Shown: piece after piece, positions 61,197 through 64,000 of the stretch
How the letters are laid out: the number at the start of each line of letters is the position of its first letter
Numbering within the stretch: the stretch's first letter is position 1
Virus record (IMG/VR): IMGVR_UViG_3300023184_004167
Span: 74,366-138,365 of that record
Source of the DNA: a virus
Length of the DNA stretch: 64,000 nt
Direction: 5' to 3' (one strand)
Program-made: the position numbers and the translations under genes
Notes under the pieces: generated by a model
Databases searched by the model: none
What the model was told of the DNA's origin: nothing
Seen by the model: only the letters and a program-made list of their open reading frames with translations

Positions 61197-62174
61197 TTAC
61201 CAAGAATAAATTCTTAATTCTCCTCTACCACCGGAACCTCCTGTTCCTCCTGTTCCTGTACTTACGGCAAATCCTCCTCCTCCACCTCCACCTCCAGGGT
61301 TACCACCATTTCCTCCGTTGGCACCATTTGCACCAACTCCACTATTGAAGACAGGACCTCCACCTCCTCCACCACCATCACCACATCTTGTACCTGAACT
61401 TCTTGAAGTTCCACTTGTTCCGGCAACGGCAGGATTACTTGTTCCAAATGCACCTCCACCACCTGCGGTATAAGAACCTGATGTACCGCCAGCACTTCCA
61501 TCTTGGTTTACAGAACCATTTGAATTAGCTCCCATACCTCCTCCGGCACCTCCATACATTGAACTTCCCCCATTTGCCGCGCCACCTGCTGAACTTGCCG
61601 TACCTCCAGCACCTCCACCATACTCGGCATTTCCAACAATCGGACCTGTAGTATTACTATAAGCACCTTGTCCTGCAATTGCGCTATTAGTTGATGCAAC
61701 ACCGGGAGTTCCGCCATTAGCCAATGCGCCAGCACCTCCAGTTCCACCTCCACCTCCTGAGTTTATAAATGAGCCATTTATGGCACCACCACCACCATTA
61801 CCTCCACCATAAGCGGTTAAATATATTGTTGCTCCTGAACCAAATGTTGTATTTCCTCCCACTGCTCCGTTTGAACCTATCGCGGTAGTGCCCCCAAGTC
61901 CTCCTGTTCCTCCTGATGCAACAAAAATAGGGACTGTTGCTGGTAAGTCAGATGCTGTAAACATTTTTGATGAAATTGCTCCACCTCCACCGCCAGCACC
62001 ACCTTTAGTATTAGTATTTACAACTCTTGAACCTCCACCGCCAGCACCTCCACCCGCGCCTATACATACCACATAGACAAATTTACAACCCGTAGGTTTT
62101 GTCCAAGTAGCATATCCAATACTTGTATATACTTGAACATCTGTAACTTCATTTATTGCATTAATAATTGCCAT
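61197..62174 (-). CDS. Glycine-rich tail-fiber/adhesin-like protein, paralog 2
   Basis: TWTKPTGCKFVYVVCIG...AEYGGGAG...GGRGELRIYSW. Confidence 0.75.
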   Translation of the reverse strand: MAIINAINEVTDVQVYTSIGYATWTKPTGCKFVYVVCIGAGGGAGGGGSRVVNTNTKGGAGGGGGAISSKMFTASDLPATVPIFVASGGTGGLGGTTAIGSNGAVGGNTTFGSGATIYLTAYGGGNGGGGAINGSFINSGGGGGTGGAGALANGGTPGVASTNSAIAGQGAYSNTTGPIVGNAEYGGGAGGTASSAGGAANGGSSMYGGAGGGMGANSNGSVNQDGSAGGTSGSYTAGGGGAFGTSNPAVAGTSGTSRSSGTRCGDGGGGGGGPVFNSGVGANGANGGNGGNPGGGGGGGGFAVSTGTGGTGGSGGRGELRIYSW

Positions 62175-62186
62175 ATAATATTTTTT

Positions 62187-63155
62187 TTACCAAGAATAAA
62201 CTCTCACTTCACCTCTACCTCCATTACCTCCAGAACCAGCCAAACTATTAGGCTGAGTCGCCGCTCCACCACCTCCTCCACCACCACCAGGTGCACCACC
62301 TCTACCACCATTTCCACCTGCACTACCGGTTACATTATTTGCACCACCACCTCCGCCACCACCACCACATATTCCACCGCCACCATCAGAACCCGATGTA
62401 CCAGACGTTACTGTGGCACCAGAACCATTAACACCAGCTGCGGCGCCCGTCCCTACAAGATATGTACCTGATAGACCTCCATTACTAGGGGTACTGGTAA
62501 ATACATTTGAGGCATTTATTCCACCACCATTACCACCGCCACTACCACCATATATTGAACCACCACCACCTGTAGTTCTACCAGCTCCACCTCCACCACC
62601 GTATTCGGCAACACCACCTGCGGCATTAACTGTTGAGTTCGCTCCTTGGCCACCAACTGCTGTTGCGGTTGAAGCCCCTGGTAAACCACCTGAAACAGTA
62701 GATGTTGTTCCAATTGTACCAATGCTTGCGGTTCCACCACCACCACCTCCACTACCACTCCCTGATGATGTGCCCAAATATCCTCCTCCACCACCAAAAG
62801 CGGTTAATATTGTTGTACCTGAACTAAATATTGAGTTTCCTCCGGATGTCCCTAATGAGCCATTTCCTGAACTTCCAATTGCACCAGTACCACCACTGCC
62901 AACAATTACAGTTTCAGATGAAGACAAATCTGATGCGGTATATAACTTATAGGCTATAGCACCACCTCCCCCACCACTACCACAATTCCTTGTTGAGGTT
63001 GGACCTCCTGCACCACCACTACCTGCGCCACCTCCACCACCTATACAAACTACATATACAAATTTACATCCAGTTGGTTTTGTCCAAGTGTTTGTTCCAC
63101 CTGTATAAATCTGAACGTCCGTAACTTCGTTTATACTATTAATAATTCCTGACAT
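62187..63155 (-). CDS. Glycine-rich tail-fiber/adhesin-like protein, paralog 1
   Basis: TWTKPTGCKFVYVVCIG...AEYGGGGG...GGRGEVRVYSW. Confidence 0.75.
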   Translation of the reverse strand: MSGIINSINEVTDVQIYTGGTNTWTKPTGCKFVYVVCIGGGGGAGSGGAGGPTSTRNCGSGGGGGAIAYKLYTASDLSSSETVIVGSGGTGAIGSSGNGSLGTSGGNSIFSSGTTILTAFGGGGGYLGTSSGSGSGGGGGGTASIGTIGTTSTVSGGLPGASTATAVGGQGANSTVNAAGGVAEYGGGGGAGRTTGGGGSIYGGSGGGNGGGINASNVFTSTPSNGGLSGTYLVGTGAAAGVNGSGATVTSGTSGSDGGGGICGGGGGGGGANNVTGSAGGNGGRGGAPGGGGGGGGAATQPNSLAGSGGNGGRGEVRVYSW

Positions 63156-63158
63156 AAA

Positions 63159-64000
63159 TTAATTATAAAATATATTTCCTATTGCTGATGTAACGACAAA
63201 CGCCGTATTGGCACTCGTACATAATAGTTTAACACAATCATACTGTGATGTTGCCGATAAATATCCTCCCGTACCTGTTGTTGTACCAGTTATACCAAAC
63301 TTTATAAATTGGTTTGCGTTTTGTGATATTCTCCATAAACCTGTTCCTGTTCCAACTACCTCAACTATGGAACCGAATGCCGCAGTTGATGGTAATGTTA
63401 TTGTCGTTAATGTTGTTGCCGTTCCGACATATCCATTACTAACAGATGCTGATTGTGTTGTTGTTGCGTTATTCCAAGTTAAACCACCAATTGAAGATGT
63501 TAATAATGTATGAATTACACCCGTTCCATCTACGGTTAATAATGATGTATCTGAAGCGCTTTGTAATCCCACAAATTTAACTGGGTCAGTTGCTGCGGAT
63601 ACTGTTAATGTATTTGCCGTTACACCACCCGTGAAGTTTGTTGCCCCACTTACAGTTCCACCCGTAAATGCCGTTGCGGTACTTGTACTAAAACCTGTAA
63701 TGGTTGTTCCATTTATAGAACCGCTACCGCTTAAGGTTATTGTTCCGTTTGAATATGAACCACCTGTAACGGCATTGATAGTTCCCGCAGTATATGTATT
63801 TCCATCTGTTCTTGTGAATGTTAATATACCTGTGGAATTATTATATGTTCCACCTGTTGTATAGTTAGGAGTGCCAGCACCAAATGTTGTTGTTGCATAT
63901 GAATAATATTGAGAACCTTCGGTTGCTAATGTTAAGGTATGTGTTGCGGTGTTTGTATTAACCCCTTTAACAACAACTAAAATTCTATCACTTGTATTTA
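63159..64000 (-). CDS. Tail fiber protein, C-terminal part (start lies beyond window)
   Basis: Frame of the 137-aa track ORF is open to 64000 (..NTSDRILVVVKG..TGGTYNNSTGILTFTRTDG..FTGGTVSGATNFTGGVTANTL..TITLPSTAAFG..); the GTG at 63572 is internal. Confidence 0.8.
   Translation of the reverse strand, partial: NTSDRILVVVKGVNTNTATHTLTLATEGSQYYSYATTTFGAGTPNYTTGGTYNNSTGILTFTRTDGNTYTAGTINAVTGGSYSNGTITLSGSGSINGTTITGFSTSTATAFTGGTVSGATNFTGGVTANTLTVSAATDPVKFVGLQSASDTSLLTVDGTGVIHTLLTSSIGGLTWNNATTTQSASVSNGYVGTATTLTTITLPSTAAFGSIVEVVGTGTGLWRISQNANQFIKFGITGTTTGTGGYLSATSQYDCVKLLCTSANTAFVVTSAIGNIFYN

Noticed and set aside
694-63864. Many short overlapping or antisense ORFs in the track (e.g. 694-1026, 5639-5977, 37199-37474, 40333-40710, 53276-53683, 62413-62952)
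   Set aside because: They are shadows of motif-bearing genes; the Pro-rich ones are antisense reads of Gly codons.
1-64000. Stop-codon reassignment as seen in some Bacteroidota phages
   Set aside because: Genes are long and intact under code 11; TAA, TGA (33722) and TAG (52758) all end genes at tight junctions.
1-64000. tRNA or rRNA genes
   Set aside because: Intergenic gaps are short and AT-rich, with no cloverleaf or T-loop signature recognised by eye; tRNAscan-SE would be decisive.

Overview
A 64-kb segment of an AT-rich, T4-like (contractile-tailed) large or jumbo bacteriophage genome, almost entirely on the minus strand and using standard code 11. The host is probably Bacteroidota: genes lack Shine-Dalgarno sites, and one signal peptide follows the Bacteroidota Q-rule. 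It holds baseplate, tail and neck genes (gp6-, gp25-, gp53-, gp26-, gp19-, gp18-, gp15-, gp14- and gp13-like, plus tape measure). These are interleaved with replication genes (class II RNR, DnaB-like helicase, 5'-3' exonuclease, RecA/UvsX, gp32-like SSB, SNF2 helicase, PolB). The accessory region from 40 to 64 kb is the most notable part. (1) A 10-gene cluster of glycosyltransferases and methyltransferases is headed by a GT60 (Skp1/Gnt1-like) protein O-GlcNAc transferase. It is bracketed by genes with mucin-like Thr/Pro repeats and lies near a 2OG-Fe(II) hydroxylase, so it is a candidate phage-encoded protein O-glycosylation pathway. (2) An LCIB/theta-class carbonic anhydrase domain is fused to a probable virion module. 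(3) There is a probably virion-anchored papain-like protease, a BspA/DUF285 protein, and three paralogous glycine-rich adhesin-like genes. Elsewhere: a probable +1 UUU_CGC programmed frameshift in the tail chaperone, a TATTTAT motif upstream of about 20 genes, a structured PolB leader, an outer-membrane beta-barrel moron, and a small RHH gene missed by the ORF track. All family calls come from motif recognition by eye; no database search was run.
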